The position numbers were made by a program, and so were the translations under genes. From Flectonema sp. DT1601 (lineage: Eukaryota), in NCBI GenBank assembly GCA_964019425.1, contig OZ025796.1:806001-870000 (forward strand): a DNA stretch of 64,000 nt. Reading direction: 5' to 3'. The notes under the pieces were generated by a model, which saw only the letters and a program-made list of their open reading frames with translations, ran no database searches and was not told where the DNA came from. This document shows, one piece after another, positions 54,437 through 64,000 of this stretch (the stretch's first letter is position 1; each line of letters starts with the position of its first letter).

Positions 54437-56123
54437 TAGGGGGGGGGGGGGGGTTATGAGGATGAAAGACAAAGCTTTACAAAGGGACGCAGAAAAGAAA
54501 CACCCATCTGCTGAGGAAAGAGTACAACGAGTTAGTTATTGGTTATTAAATCCAACGTTGCTCTTTTTTATGAGTGCTCCAGGAGGGTAACTCACAGCAA
54601 CAGAGGACCCAATCCGTAGCTGTAAGTAAAAAATAAACAAAGAAATGGCGTGGAGGGAAGCAGGGGATTGGGAGTAAGAAATAGAACGTTTTTTTTTTTA
54701 TATTCTATTCACCGTAACCGTTCTTTCATGAAATAATCGCATGTGTCAAACGCTGACTACCAGACTCGAGAACAACATCAACAGGAGCTCAGATGAGATA
54801 GTCTGATTAAAATCTTGCCTGTTCACGACCTTTCTTTGGGAACAATTAGAAAGAAACCCAAACAATCAAAAGTATAAAGCCATGCAGCCAATTATCTTTC
54901 ACTCGCAAAATAATGGAGAGAGGGGTAATTTGATACTGCATTCTTAAGGGGGGTAACTTGATGGGAAAAAGAAAAGAAACAGCACCTCACTAAATAATTC
55001 TCACACTTTTTTTGTTTTTTGTTTGTGCGCAAGCGGAAAAACATGCGTACAAAGTAAAGGGTGTTAACGTTACGCTGCCGCAATTCCCTTTCGCTCGTAA
55101 AACATAAGAAGCTGGAGGAGCAATCATCGGTTTAATTAATTAACATAGATTCTGATATTCCTCTCTCTTAAGAACATTGAGAGTAAAGAAGATTATTTAG
55201 TTATTACACAAATGGGTTATTTTTGTTTTTTTTTTTTTAAACACGTGGGTGCGAGCAACATTCAACAGCTGAAACGAACTAGCTCTTCCGTTGTTGAGAG
55301 GCAAGTACAAGAAAAAACAGAAACAAACGAGGAAAGGGGAACGTTGAAACAGGGGATTAATTGGGGAAAACAACAAGAAAGATACATTTTTGTTGTACAC
55401 GCAACCGCAAACAGTGCAACTGTAACAGCTAGAAGTAGGTTTACACGTGCTGGGGTTTGCGATCTTGCTGCTAACACCTTTTTTTCTCTCATAAAATACA
55501 CAATTGAAGAAAGAATCAAAACATCTTAAAAACAATTTACAAGCCGGTTTTTTAGAAGAAGCTAATTGGTTTCTCTTTTTGAGTTGTGTGGGTATTCGTG
55601 TCAACTTAACGTCTCTAGCACCCAGGACACTATGCATACGTACTACATTAATTCATCAGGGTTGAGGGGGAGCTTCTCATCCATAAGACAGCTTCTACGG
55701 AGTGTACTTCGTATGCTTTTCCCGTTTTTTCGGATTCTTTTTTGCGGATTCCTTTCGTCCCTTAGGCGTATTTTCAAAGCTCGGGCAGGCCTCACATTCA
55801 TCGAGTCATAGATACACACCCCTTTTCTCTTCTTCAAAAAAAAAATTTTTTTTTGCAAAAATGCAAGAAAGACAAAAGGGGTGAAAGAATAAAACGAGAA
55901 AAAACGGACACCTTCCAGACAGCTCTGATAAGCTTCCTTAAGAGAATGATACTTCATAGAGATGATGGCTCATTATTAATAGTTATCAGTCTATCAAAAA
56001 AATCAAATCAAGAACCCTACTCATCGATGGGGAAAAAAAAAAAAAAAAAACAAGAACTTAGAGTACAGAACGGCACTTGTAAAATTTAAAGCGAACTTTG
56101 TTTTTTATGATTCCTTAGTAGGA

Positions 56124-59100
56124 TCACTGAAGGATTTCATCATCCTCTTGGAATTCGTATTCTCCCAACTCAACAAGTGGGTCTTGGATGTCAATTGTTT
56201 CGAATTCTGGTTTATACGCCTCCTTCTTCATTCTCAGAAAGACTACTGCAATCAGACAAATAACAATCAGAAACCCTCCTGCTCCAGCAAGAACCGGTAC
56301 TAACGGAAAATCTGAACTCGACTTCAACACGTCGCAAGTATGATTAACAAACACCTCACAACCAGAGATGCATCTGTAGCCCTCTTTGCAGATACATTGC
56401 CGTTTTGAGTTTGCGTCAACGTAGCAAATCCCATGTTTAGCATCACAAGGATTAGAACTATTTAAACAAGGATGCCCACTACTTGGACTTCCTGTTACCG
56501 TAGGTGACTTGGTATCTGGAACAACTGTTGAGCCTGACGGTAAACTTGTTGGGGAATTGGTATCTGGAACAACTGTTGAGCCTGATGGTAAACTTGTTGG
56601 GGAATTGGTATCTGGAACAACTGTTGAGCCTGACGGTAAACTTGTTGGGGAATTGGTATCTGGAACAACTGTTGAGCCTGACGGTAAACTTGTTGGGGAA
56701 TTGGTATCTGGAACAACTGTTGAGCCTGACGGTAAACTTGTTGGGGAATTGGTATCTGGAACAACTGTTGAGCCTGATGGTAAACTTGTTGGGGAATTGG
56801 TATCTGGAACAACTGTTGAGCCTGATGGTAAACTTGTTGGGGAATTGGTATCTGGAACAGAGGTTGAGGTGTTTGTCGGGGTACTTGTTTGAGGAGTTGG
56901 TGGAGAAAAAGTATCAGGGAGCTTAGTCAGTGGAGCTGTTGTTGGTACAGATGTCGGTATCGCAGTCGGTACTGCAGTTGGTACAGCAGTTGGCACAAAA
57001 GTCCGGATGTGAGGTGGACTAAAAGTTGGTACCACAGTTGGTACAGCAGTCGGTATCGCAGTTGGCACAAAAGTCCGGATGTGAGTTGGTACCAAAGTAT
57101 GTACCGCAGTTGGTACCACAGCTGGTACCGCAGTTGGTACCGCAGTTGGTACCGCAGTTGGTATCGCAGTTGGTACAGCAGTTGGTACAGCAGTCGGTAT
57201 CGCAGTTGGTACAGCAGTTGGTACAGCAGTCGGTATCGCAGTTGGCACAAAAGTCCGGATGTGAGGTGGATGCCAAGTTGGTACCGCAGTTGGTACCGCA
57301 GTTGGTACCGCAGTTGGTACCGCAGTTGGTATCGCAGTTGGTACAGCAGTTGGTACAGCAGTCGGTATCGCAGTTGGTGGCGGTTCCGGCTTCTGGACAC
57401 AAGATGTAAGCCAACTACATCTGCGAGATAACACACAATCAGACTTCACACACTCGCTGAGGCAATCAGAGCGAACGCAGGTGTTGAGCTCGTTAGCACA
57501 GTGATTTTGCCCAATACAATCCGCTTCTGAGTACATTGAACACGGCAGTTGAGAATTACTTGTCGCAACAACCTTTCCAAAGGAAGATTTTGGATGGCAG
57601 AATGAAGTTAAAACTGATTGCAAATCAGTGATGGTACCAGACTGAATATGTTCTCCCGTGACAAGCTCACGTAGGTTACTTGAGTAACCATCTGATTTGC
57701 CGTTAGAGTCAGTTAGTTGAAATCCAAATAGTTGAATTCCGTAGGCTGAAGCTTTTTGGAGTTTAAGCATAGTTTCGGGTGTTGATGAATCAACAAAATC
57801 ACCACTCGATATTATTAATATAACCTGTTTCCTACCTTTTGTTGGTGGCAGCATGTGAAGGGCAGTTTCTAAACCAAATGAAATAGATGCACGTCCCTCC
57901 CACATTGACTGCTTTGCCAATGACATAATATTTGTAAAAATATCGTTATATACTCCAGATACTATATAATCTGATCGTGAGGAACTCATTGATGCTGCAG
58001 CCAACCTTATTTCGTTCGTAGTATCCTTTAAGAGGCTTCCTGACAATGGTGCATTCCTGATAAATTGATGTAGCTCAGAAAGTATACCACTAAATTTGCT
58101 GGTGAATCTATTGTACTTGTTGCCCATGCTCATACTGTCATCAATAATGATCGCGATATCTAATAAAGGACACATTATGTCGTTAGCTATGCATTTATTG
58201 TCAGCGTCTACCCAGAAACATCCTTCAATCGTACTGCACTTACAGCTTTCAGTTACCGTAGAACAGAAGTTTACTTGATCGGTACAACCCTTGTAACCCC
58301 AGTGACAGAGGTTGTGAGAATCACACTCGCTTACTGCGCTTATTGATTGGCAAAGAGCTGACGTAGATTTGCACATCGCTGGCCCACTTGAGACGTCCCA
58401 AAAACAATTTCTATTTGTAAAGCAACTATTTTCATTATATAAAGCAGTGCACTCACAACAGTGAAGATTGGTTTTGGTGCAGGGAATCTTGGAGCAGCTT
58501 GCTGAAGATCTTTTTACACAGATGTTATCATCAGTTAACCAAGTACAATCTCCATTATTACAATCATTACTATTATTATAAAGACATGCTCTTCTGTTAC
58601 ATTGAGATGAGCTGCTATTCCAATAACAGTTTGTGTCATCGGTGCATTTGTTTTCTGTAGTAGCGATACAAAAAGGGTTGCTGCCAGTACAGTAAGAACC
58701 CTTCCAAGAGCATGCAGAAGAAGAGTGACAGTAGGATTCATTGTATGATGAACATTCTGTAGTGTTTGAAACACAAACCTTATCGTTACCAATGTGACAA
58801 GATCCAAGGAGGTTACAGTCTTGTGATGAACAACCAACTGAAAGACATTTTGAGTCCACACAGCGATTATCTTCAAATGACCAATCACACCATCCATATT
58901 TAACATTAAGACAGTCCCCTATGTTTGATGACTTACAGTTTACAACATTCTCGTTGGGATTAGTCGCGGAATACTTTCCAACATCTGAACTCGGATCGCA
59001 AAGACTCAGTAGCTTCTCTGGCAATTCATCAACACTAATTGATTCAACAAGTCTTCTATTTCCTTGAATAGGAGCCATGTACCTACGTAGAAGAACTTCT

Positions 59101-62100
59101 CGTAGAGCATCGTCGTACGTAGCTGTGGTTTTTTGCCTCAGTAGCAACCCATACATGGTAATGTCAAACTTAACAATTTGTGACGCCACGGCGGCTGATA
59201 ATAATGTGTTAGAGTCAGTAAAATGACCAGACGAAATTGTTAACAGTACTTTCTTCTTATTTGGTGATGCCGATGAGAATAACTGAACAGCCCTCTCTAT
59301 TGCAGGGTGTAACGCGGTACCGTTATCATTAGACTTGACTACCGAACCTGCATAGTCGGATTTTTTGACTCCCCGCGCAACTGTTAACCCCTTTCCACCA
59401 AAGTGTGAATAATCATTAAATATAAAATCGAGTCTCATTTTTAAATCCCCGCTAGCTTTTATGTTGGCTACCCATTCATCGATATACCGCAATACGGCAC
59501 CTGCGCCTGTTGAGTGACTTCCGAATGGTTTCCACATGTTGATTGAAGCATCAATTATTACCACTACATCAATATCGTTACATTGGATTGTTGGATTACT
59601 ACAAAACGATTGGCGATGGTCCCACATACATTCGGATCCAGAAGCAGCACATGAGCAAAAATCCTTTTCAGGGCAAGAACGAGAAGAGACTTCCTGACAT
59701 AAGTTCTCCGATGCATTCCACTGACAGTTTTGCAATGTGCAATCCATTTCAGCTGTTTTTCCGAACGAATAGTCAGCACAACCTGAGCGAATTTCGCAAT
59801 TGCCAGGGTGTGGGCAAGGTTTAGTAAAACAAGATTGAACTCTTGCATTCCAAGAACAAGATGGGAAACTATTACACAACGTCACTTCATCATAATTGCA
59901 TTTCTTATGAGTACAGGTATTGTTATTCCAACTGCATTCTTCTTCAAAATTACAACTCTGTTCTGTAGTAGTAGCGCATGAGTCAGCTGTACAAACATGA
60001 ACAGTACTATTCCACATGCAATGGTCATCATACTCGCAAGACGGTGATGAAGTGTGTCTGAGACAAGTTGAACTTAAGCATAAGGCTTCACCGACATTAA
60101 ACGTACATCTTCCGAGAGATGCATAGCATAAAGATTGAGTTGCATACTGTAAGCAGTCACTTGGGTAGCACAACGTTAATTTGTCATTCCATTGGCACAT
60201 CGCATTCATTCTGCATTGTGAAACAGTCTTTTCCATCTGGCAAGTCTTTTTCGACTCAAGTGGTTGGATTCCCCATTGAAGTCTTTCACTACATAAATTG
60301 TCTGCAAACAACGTCTTGAAATCTTCACTCTCAAATGTCACGACATTTTCAAAGCCGACTAGCGCCTGGAGAGAAGCGGTAGCACCGTTAGCGGGTTCAT
60401 AAGTATTTGGTGACAGAGAAATTGCTCTCATTTGAATTCTTCCAAGGGCTGAAAGTTTTGCAATCTTACTCGAGGCTGCTGGAAGATCCAGAATCTCTGA
60501 CCCACCATAAATAAGTAGCAGCCTCTCTCTCTTATCCTCAGTCCGATTCTGAAACAATTGGACAGCCGCATCTAGTGATTCCGATATGTACGTATCTTCA
60601 TTTCCCTGATGAGTAAGGTGCCATTGCAATTCATTAATAATCTGAGATCGGTGACCTGAGAACTTCCCTGCATCAGTAATGTGCTTGGAAGGTATGATAG
60701 AAGAATTCTTAACTTCACGACCGCTGTACTGAATAAATGCGAAATCTGCAGTACCCTCTACATAACGAGAAGGCTGTCTTGAAGCTAGCACACCAGTTCC
60801 AAACCTAATAAAGTTCCGTAACTGTTCTACCATTGCTTCGTATCCAGTTCCAACAGTACCATATGGTTCTGACAGCTTTGAGGAACCATCAAAGAGTACG
60901 ACTATGTCAATCATAGGACAAGAAGAATACGTAGCCGCATTACAAAAGCTGCCATCCCAAGTACACAAGTCTTCTGAGTGATCTGCAACGCAGGAATTGG
61001 CAGAAGTAGAAGACTTACAAGCTTTTGCAATGCACGCGCTTGTCTTGGAAGGTTTTTGACATCCAGGATGGTCAGAGCATGTTTTGCTGTAGGCATCACA
61101 AACTTCCTCTCTGCAATAGCTGGGTTGGTTAAGTGATGCTTCCCATCTACAGTCACGGGCATTCAAACAATCAATTTCATCTCGATATATAATACAATTC
61201 TTAATATTACAACTACTGCCATCCCAGGTACACCAAAAGTTGTTCTCTTCAGTATCGCAGCACTCTTTTGTTTTGCAATCACATAACCTTTGATTGCAGC
61301 CTTTGAAAAAGTCCCACGAACAACCTGAACTGATACAGAGTGCCTGACTACGATGGCTGCCGCAAATATCCTCCAAGCAAGTGTCTCTGTAGATGTCGTA
61401 GTAGCAACGCTTATCAGATATGCATGCTGCTTCATCAGTTCCATATGTACAATTTACCTCTGAGCAAATGCCATTCTTGTTCCATGAACAGGACGGCATG
61501 TTTAGGCAAAACTGTTCACCTGATTGTGAAGAACATGTTTGCGAAACACGACTATCACAAATAAGAAAAGCTGCATCCCACGAACATTCTGCTGCTGCAG
61601 AACATTGTTCCTCGTCGCATAATCTTCCGCATGGTGATTCAAAACAGAAACCATTTCTATATTTACAGAATCTCTTAGTAATACACACTGATTTTGATAA
61701 TTTCTCACATGAAACACCTCGACCAGTCACCGGTGGAATTCCGATAGATTCACCCCAGCTGCTGTATCTGTCACACAGGGTACTCAATTTATCTTTCACT
61801 TCATCAACTTGTAAACTAAGAATAGCAGACGTACCCGGAGCAAGTGGTTGCATACTGGTAAAAACAGCTGCACTTTGTTCCGTGTATAGTTCATACCTGC
61901 GAAGAGAAATTCCAAAGATAGAAACCTCCATCTGATTTAATTGTGCCATAACTGTGGTAGAAAACACAACATCAGCAATCACACTAGTGGAGATAACAAC
62001 AATTACTCTTTTGCTACCGATCTTGTTAGTGCTTCTTGAGAACATACTAACAGATCCTAACAATGCTTCTTGAATGTAGATTTCAGGGGAAGTTGTTGAA

Positions 62101-64000
62101 AGGGGATTGTCCTGGTGCCATTTAATAGCTCGTCGAAGATAGTTCGCGTCCGTGAACCATATCCCAGGAGGAGTCCTCATTAGTGAGGAGTTTGTTACGT
62201 CTCCCAATAATGGATGAATACCATTTCCTATTTGAATTAGTCCGACATGAATATCATCCAGAGGCAATTCAGCTACGAAGCTCCCGAGTGCCTCAAGAAG
62301 CCCATAATATCCAACAGGGTGTCTTCTAAACGATTGTTGCATCGATGCAGATCCGTCAAAAATGAAAATTAAATCCATTGCAGGGCACTCTCCATAAGCC
62401 TTATACATACATTCTCCTTTTGCATTTATAAAACATGAATCCAGCTTGGCACAATCACACGTGTCAGCTGCTGAACATGTACGCAGGGAACAAATACCAA
62501 AGTCAAGGCCACACAATGAATTACTTTGACATTCGGTGTCGTTCTTTAATCCTCCACACACTGTAGGTTGACAATTTCCTGAAGATGACACATCCCAAGT
62601 ACATCTCGGATCCCTTCCGCAGGATAATTCATTGCTCCCGTGCACAGCACACACATGTTGAACACATTTCGATAATGAAAGCGACCATTCACAATTCCCA
62701 TCTGCTCCACAGCTTATTTCAGAGCTGTGAGTTGGACATCGAGCCTTTTCTTGACAACCACTGTAACTATTATACACACAGTCGGCGTCGTCGGTACAGT
62801 TTGATATATCATGATGTTGACACTTCTTCACTTCGCACTTATTTGTCCATCTACAATTAGAGTTATAGATACAGTTATCTTCTGTTGAAGAATAACACTC
62901 TGCTAAATGACACAGGGATTCAGTTTGATTCCAAGAACAGTAAGTTGACCTCTCACAATTATCTTGTCCCATTAGGCACGGTAGGTATTCATGACAAGTA
63001 ACGTAAACTGGATCCCATCTGCAATAGCCACGAGATGCATGGCAAGCATCTGGAGTACAGCGAGACACACAAGGTGACGCAATGCACTCCAAGCTTGCAG
63101 CACTCCAAGTACAGACACCGGTATAGGCACATGTGGCTTCTGCGGTGTAAGAGTCGCAATGCACTGCCCAATCTAATGATAACGCAGGAGCTTGGCATAT
63201 ATCATACAGCGGGTTGCTGATTGTAGTTGAGAAAACATCAATGGTGATACCAAAGAAGTGACGGTCACTATTATGAGCTGTGCTCAAGGTCTTCAAGTTT
63301 ATTGCAGTCTGGCTATCAAGAGTGGTAGGAGTCGGGTATTTCATAATAAAAATGGAAAACACAACTACATTCATTGACTTTAGTTTATCCATTGCTGTAT
63401 TTGTATTACCCATGTCGATGGGATTACCCGTTGATATTATAATCATAGCAAGCTTCTGTCCAACAGAATCGCGATGCAAGAATGTATTTACAGCATATTC
63501 TAGTGCTGGCGTGATCGTCCTTGTTCCCTTTAATGGGTTTGCATTGTGCCAGTTAAGGTCAATTAGTAATTCGTTGAAGTCGCCTGAGAGCTTTCCTTGT
63601 GTTCCAACAGGGGGTGTTTTGAAATTAGATCCGAATTGGATAAGTGCGACTCTCATAGTATCAGATTGGGTTACAGGATCAACAGCAAGTTGTCCAGAGA
63701 GAGGAAGCTGTTGTATCCAATCACGAATCACTGTGAGGATGGCATTGTATCCTTGAGGATGACGAGAGAGAGGTCCCGATGCAGCATTGGAACCATCAAA
63801 TACAACAACAATATCAAGCTGTACACATGCAGCAAACACTGGATTTATACAAGTAGTTGTGTTATGATTATAATGACAATTAACATCTTTATGACACGAA
63901 CATGTATCTAGTTGATTACAGACCTTGGAAACACATGATAAGTTGCTACTATCCCACATGCACTCTTCTGTACACTGGTCAGAGTTTTTTAGTCCACAAC
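56124..64000 (-). CDS. Giant type I membrane protein (>2624 aa, 5' end outside window): >=5 vWA domains alternating with Cys-rich repeats, mucin-like stalk, EGF-like domain, TM, acidic tail
   Basis: vWA starts DIVVVFDGS, DLIFIFDGSASM, DIVVLFDGS, DVVVIIDAS and DIAIIIDDSMSM; many C..C.W....C units; PTAV/PDT repeats; CICKEGY; TM VPVLAGAGGFLIVICLIAVVFL; frame open to 64000. Confidence 0.9.
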   Translation of the reverse strand, partial: CGLKNSDQCTEECMWDSSNLSCVSKVCNQLDTCSCHKDVNCHYNHNTTTCINPVFAACVQLDIVVVFDGSNAASGPLSRHPQGYNAILTVIRDWIQQLPLSGQLAVDPVTQSDTMRVALIQFGSNFKTPPVGTQGKLSGDFNELLIDLNWHNANPLKGTRTITPALEYAVNTFLHRDSVGQKLAMIIISTGNPIDMGNTNTAMDKLKSMNVVVFSIFIMKYPTPTTLDSQTAINLKTLSTAHNSDRHFFGITIDVFSTTISNPLYDICQAPALSLDWAVHCDSYTAEATCAYTGVCTWSAASLECIASPCVSRCTPDACHASRGYCRWDPVYVTCHEYLPCLMGQDNCERSTYCSWNQTESLCHLAECYSSTEDNCIYNSNCRWTNKCEVKKCQHHDISNCTDDADCVYNSYSGCQEKARCPTHSSEISCGADGNCEWSLSLSKCVQHVCAVHGSNELSCGRDPRCTWDVSSSGNCQPTVCGGLKNDTECQSNSLCGLDFGICSLRTCSAADTCDCAKLDSCFINAKGECMYKAYGECPAMDLIFIFDGSASMQQSFRRHPVGYYGLLEALGSFVAELPLDDIHVGLIQIGNGIHPLLGDVTNSSLMRTPPGIWFTDANYLRRAIKWHQDNPLSTTSPEIYIQEALLGSVSMFSRSTNKIGSKRVIVVISTSVIADVVFSTTVMAQLNQMEVSIFGISLRRYELYTEQSAAVFTSMQPLAPGTSAILSLQVDEVKDKLSTLCDRYSSWGESIGIPPVTGRGVSCEKLSKSVCITKRFCKYRNGFCFESPCGRLCDEEQCSAAAECSWDAAFLICDSRVSQTCSSQSGEQFCLNMPSCSWNKNGICSEVNCTYGTDEAACISDKRCYYDIYRDTCLEDICGSHRSQALCISSGCSWDFFKGCNQRLCDCKTKECCDTEENNFWCTWDGSSCNIKNCIIYRDEIDCLNARDCRWEASLNQPSYCREEVCDAYSKTCSDHPGCQKPSKTSACIAKACKSSTSANSCVADHSEDLCTWDGSFCNAATYSSCPMIDIVVLFDGSSKLSEPYGTVGTGYEAMVEQLRNFIRFGTGVLASRQPSRYVEGTADFAFIQYSGREVKNSSIIPSKHITDAGKFSGHRSQIINELQWHLTHQGNEDTYISESLDAAVQLFQNRTEDKRERLLLIYGGSEILDLPAASSKIAKLSALGRIQMRAISLSPNTYEPANGATASLQALVGFENVVTFESEDFKTLFADNLCSERLQWGIQPLESKKTCQMEKTVSQCRMNAMCQWNDKLTLCYPSDCLQYATQSLCYASLGRCTFNVGEALCLSSTCLRHTSSPSCEYDDHCMWNSTVHVCTADSCATTTEQSCNFEEECSWNNNTCTHKKCNYDEVTLCNSFPSCSWNARVQSCFTKPCPHPGNCEIRSGCADYSFGKTAEMDCTLQNCQWNASENLCQEVSSRSCPEKDFCSCAASGSECMWDHRQSFCSNPTIQCNDIDVVVIIDASINMWKPFGSHSTGAGAVLRYIDEWVANIKASGDLKMRLDFIFNDYSHFGGKGLTVARGVKKSDYAGSVVKSNDNGTALHPAIERAVQLFSSASPNKKKVLLTISSGHFTDSNTLLSAAVASQIVKFDITMYGLLLRQKTTATYDDALREVLLRRYMAPIQGNRRLVESISVDELPEKLLSLCDPSSDVGKYSATNPNENVVNCKSSNIGDCLNVKYGWCDWSFEDNRCVDSKCLSVGCSSQDCNLLGSCHIGNDKVCVSNTTECSSYNESYCHSSSACSWKGSYCTGSNPFCIATTENKCTDDTNCYWNSSSSQCNRRACLYNNSNDCNNGDCTWLTDDNICVKRSSASCSKIPCTKTNLHCCECTALYNENSCFTNRNCFWDVSSGPAMCKSTSALCQSISAVSECDSHNLCHWGYKGCTDQVNFCSTVTESCKCSTIEGCFWVDADNKCIANDIMCPLLDIAIIIDDSMSMGNKYNRFTSKFSGILSELHQFIRNAPLSGSLLKDTTNEIRLAAASMSSSRSDYIVSGVYNDIFTNIMSLAKQSMWEGRASISFGLETALHMLPPTKGRKQVILIISSGDFVDSSTPETMLKLQKASAYGIQLFGFQLTDSNGKSDGYSSNLRELVTGEHIQSGTITDLQSVLTSFCHPKSSFGKVVATSNSQLPCSMYSEADCIGQNHCANELNTCVRSDCLSECVKSDCVLSRRCSWLTSCVQKPEPPPTAIPTAVPTAVPTAIPTAVPTAVPTAVPTAVPTWHPPHIRTFVPTAIPTAVPTAVPTAIPTAVPTAVPTAIPTAVPTAVPTAVPAVVPTAVHTLVPTHIRTFVPTAIPTAVPTVVPTFSPPHIRTFVPTAVPTAVPTAIPTSVPTTAPLTKLPDTFSPPTPQTSTPTNTSTSVPDTNSPTSLPSGSTVVPDTNSPTSLPSGSTVVPDTNSPTSLPSGSTVVPDTNSPTSLPSGSTVVPDTNSPTSLPSGSTVVPDTNSPTSLPSGSTVVPDTNSPTSLPSGSTVVPDTKSPTVTGSPSSGHPCLNSSNPCDAKHGICYVDANSKRQCICKEGYRCISGCEVFVNHTCDVLKSSSDFPLVPVLAGAGGFLIVICLIAVVFLRMKKEAYKPEFETIDIQDPLVELGEYEFQEDDEILQ
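56509..56859. repeat. 48-bp coding tandem repeat x7.3 (VVPDTNSPTSLPSGST)
   Basis: Directly visible; units differ only at a synonymous position (GAC/GAT on + strand). Confidence 0.95.
56938..57378. repeat. 12-bp-based coding repeat (PTAV/PTAI) with higher-order HIRTFV blocks
   Basis: GCAGTTGGTACC-like units; recurring GTTGGCACAAAAGTCCGGATGTGAG. Confidence 0.9.

Noticed and set aside
55650..55765. Hammerhead-like CTGATGA and GAAA cores
   Set aside because: The required stems I-III cannot be formed around the cores
56495..57436. Overlapping repetitive ORFs and CRISPR-like appearance of the 48-bp array
   Set aside because: Units are contiguous with no unique spacers and encode the mucin stalk; alternative-frame ORFs are by-products; no cas genes, eukaryotic context

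Overview
AT-rich eukaryotic nuclear DNA from a euglenozoan, most likely a diplonemid. This is inferred from kinetoplastid-type DOT1, DUF1935-calpain, PDEB-like and adenylate cyclase genes combined with several short GT-AG cis-introns. All 26 host protein-coding genes I can support lie on the minus strand, often only about 110-300 bp apart, consistent with one polycistronic cluster resolved by spliced-leader trans-splicing. Genes include an XRN exoribonuclease (missing from the ORF track), a SETD9-like SET protein, a MORN/RSPH10B-like protein, DOT1, an SDR with a PTS1, two Clu-domain proteins, an intact-triad calpain, a two-domain class III cyclase, an FKBP, a 3-GAF phosphodiesterase, PRP4 and a giant multi-vWA surface protein. 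Eight cis-introns were reconstructed by hand. The most striking observation is two different 3' splice-site grammars: every host cis-intron ends in an A/C-rich tract (e.g. AAAACAG) with a T/G-rich 5' half, whereas AGs just upstream of start codons carry T/pyrimidine-rich tracts. A 1.45-kb pure (CAA)n array forms the acceptor tract of a PRP4 intron, so the poly-Q ORF is spurious. A 1971-bp TIR element sits at a TA inside a poly-G tract. No tRNA, rRNA or CRISPR array was recognised.
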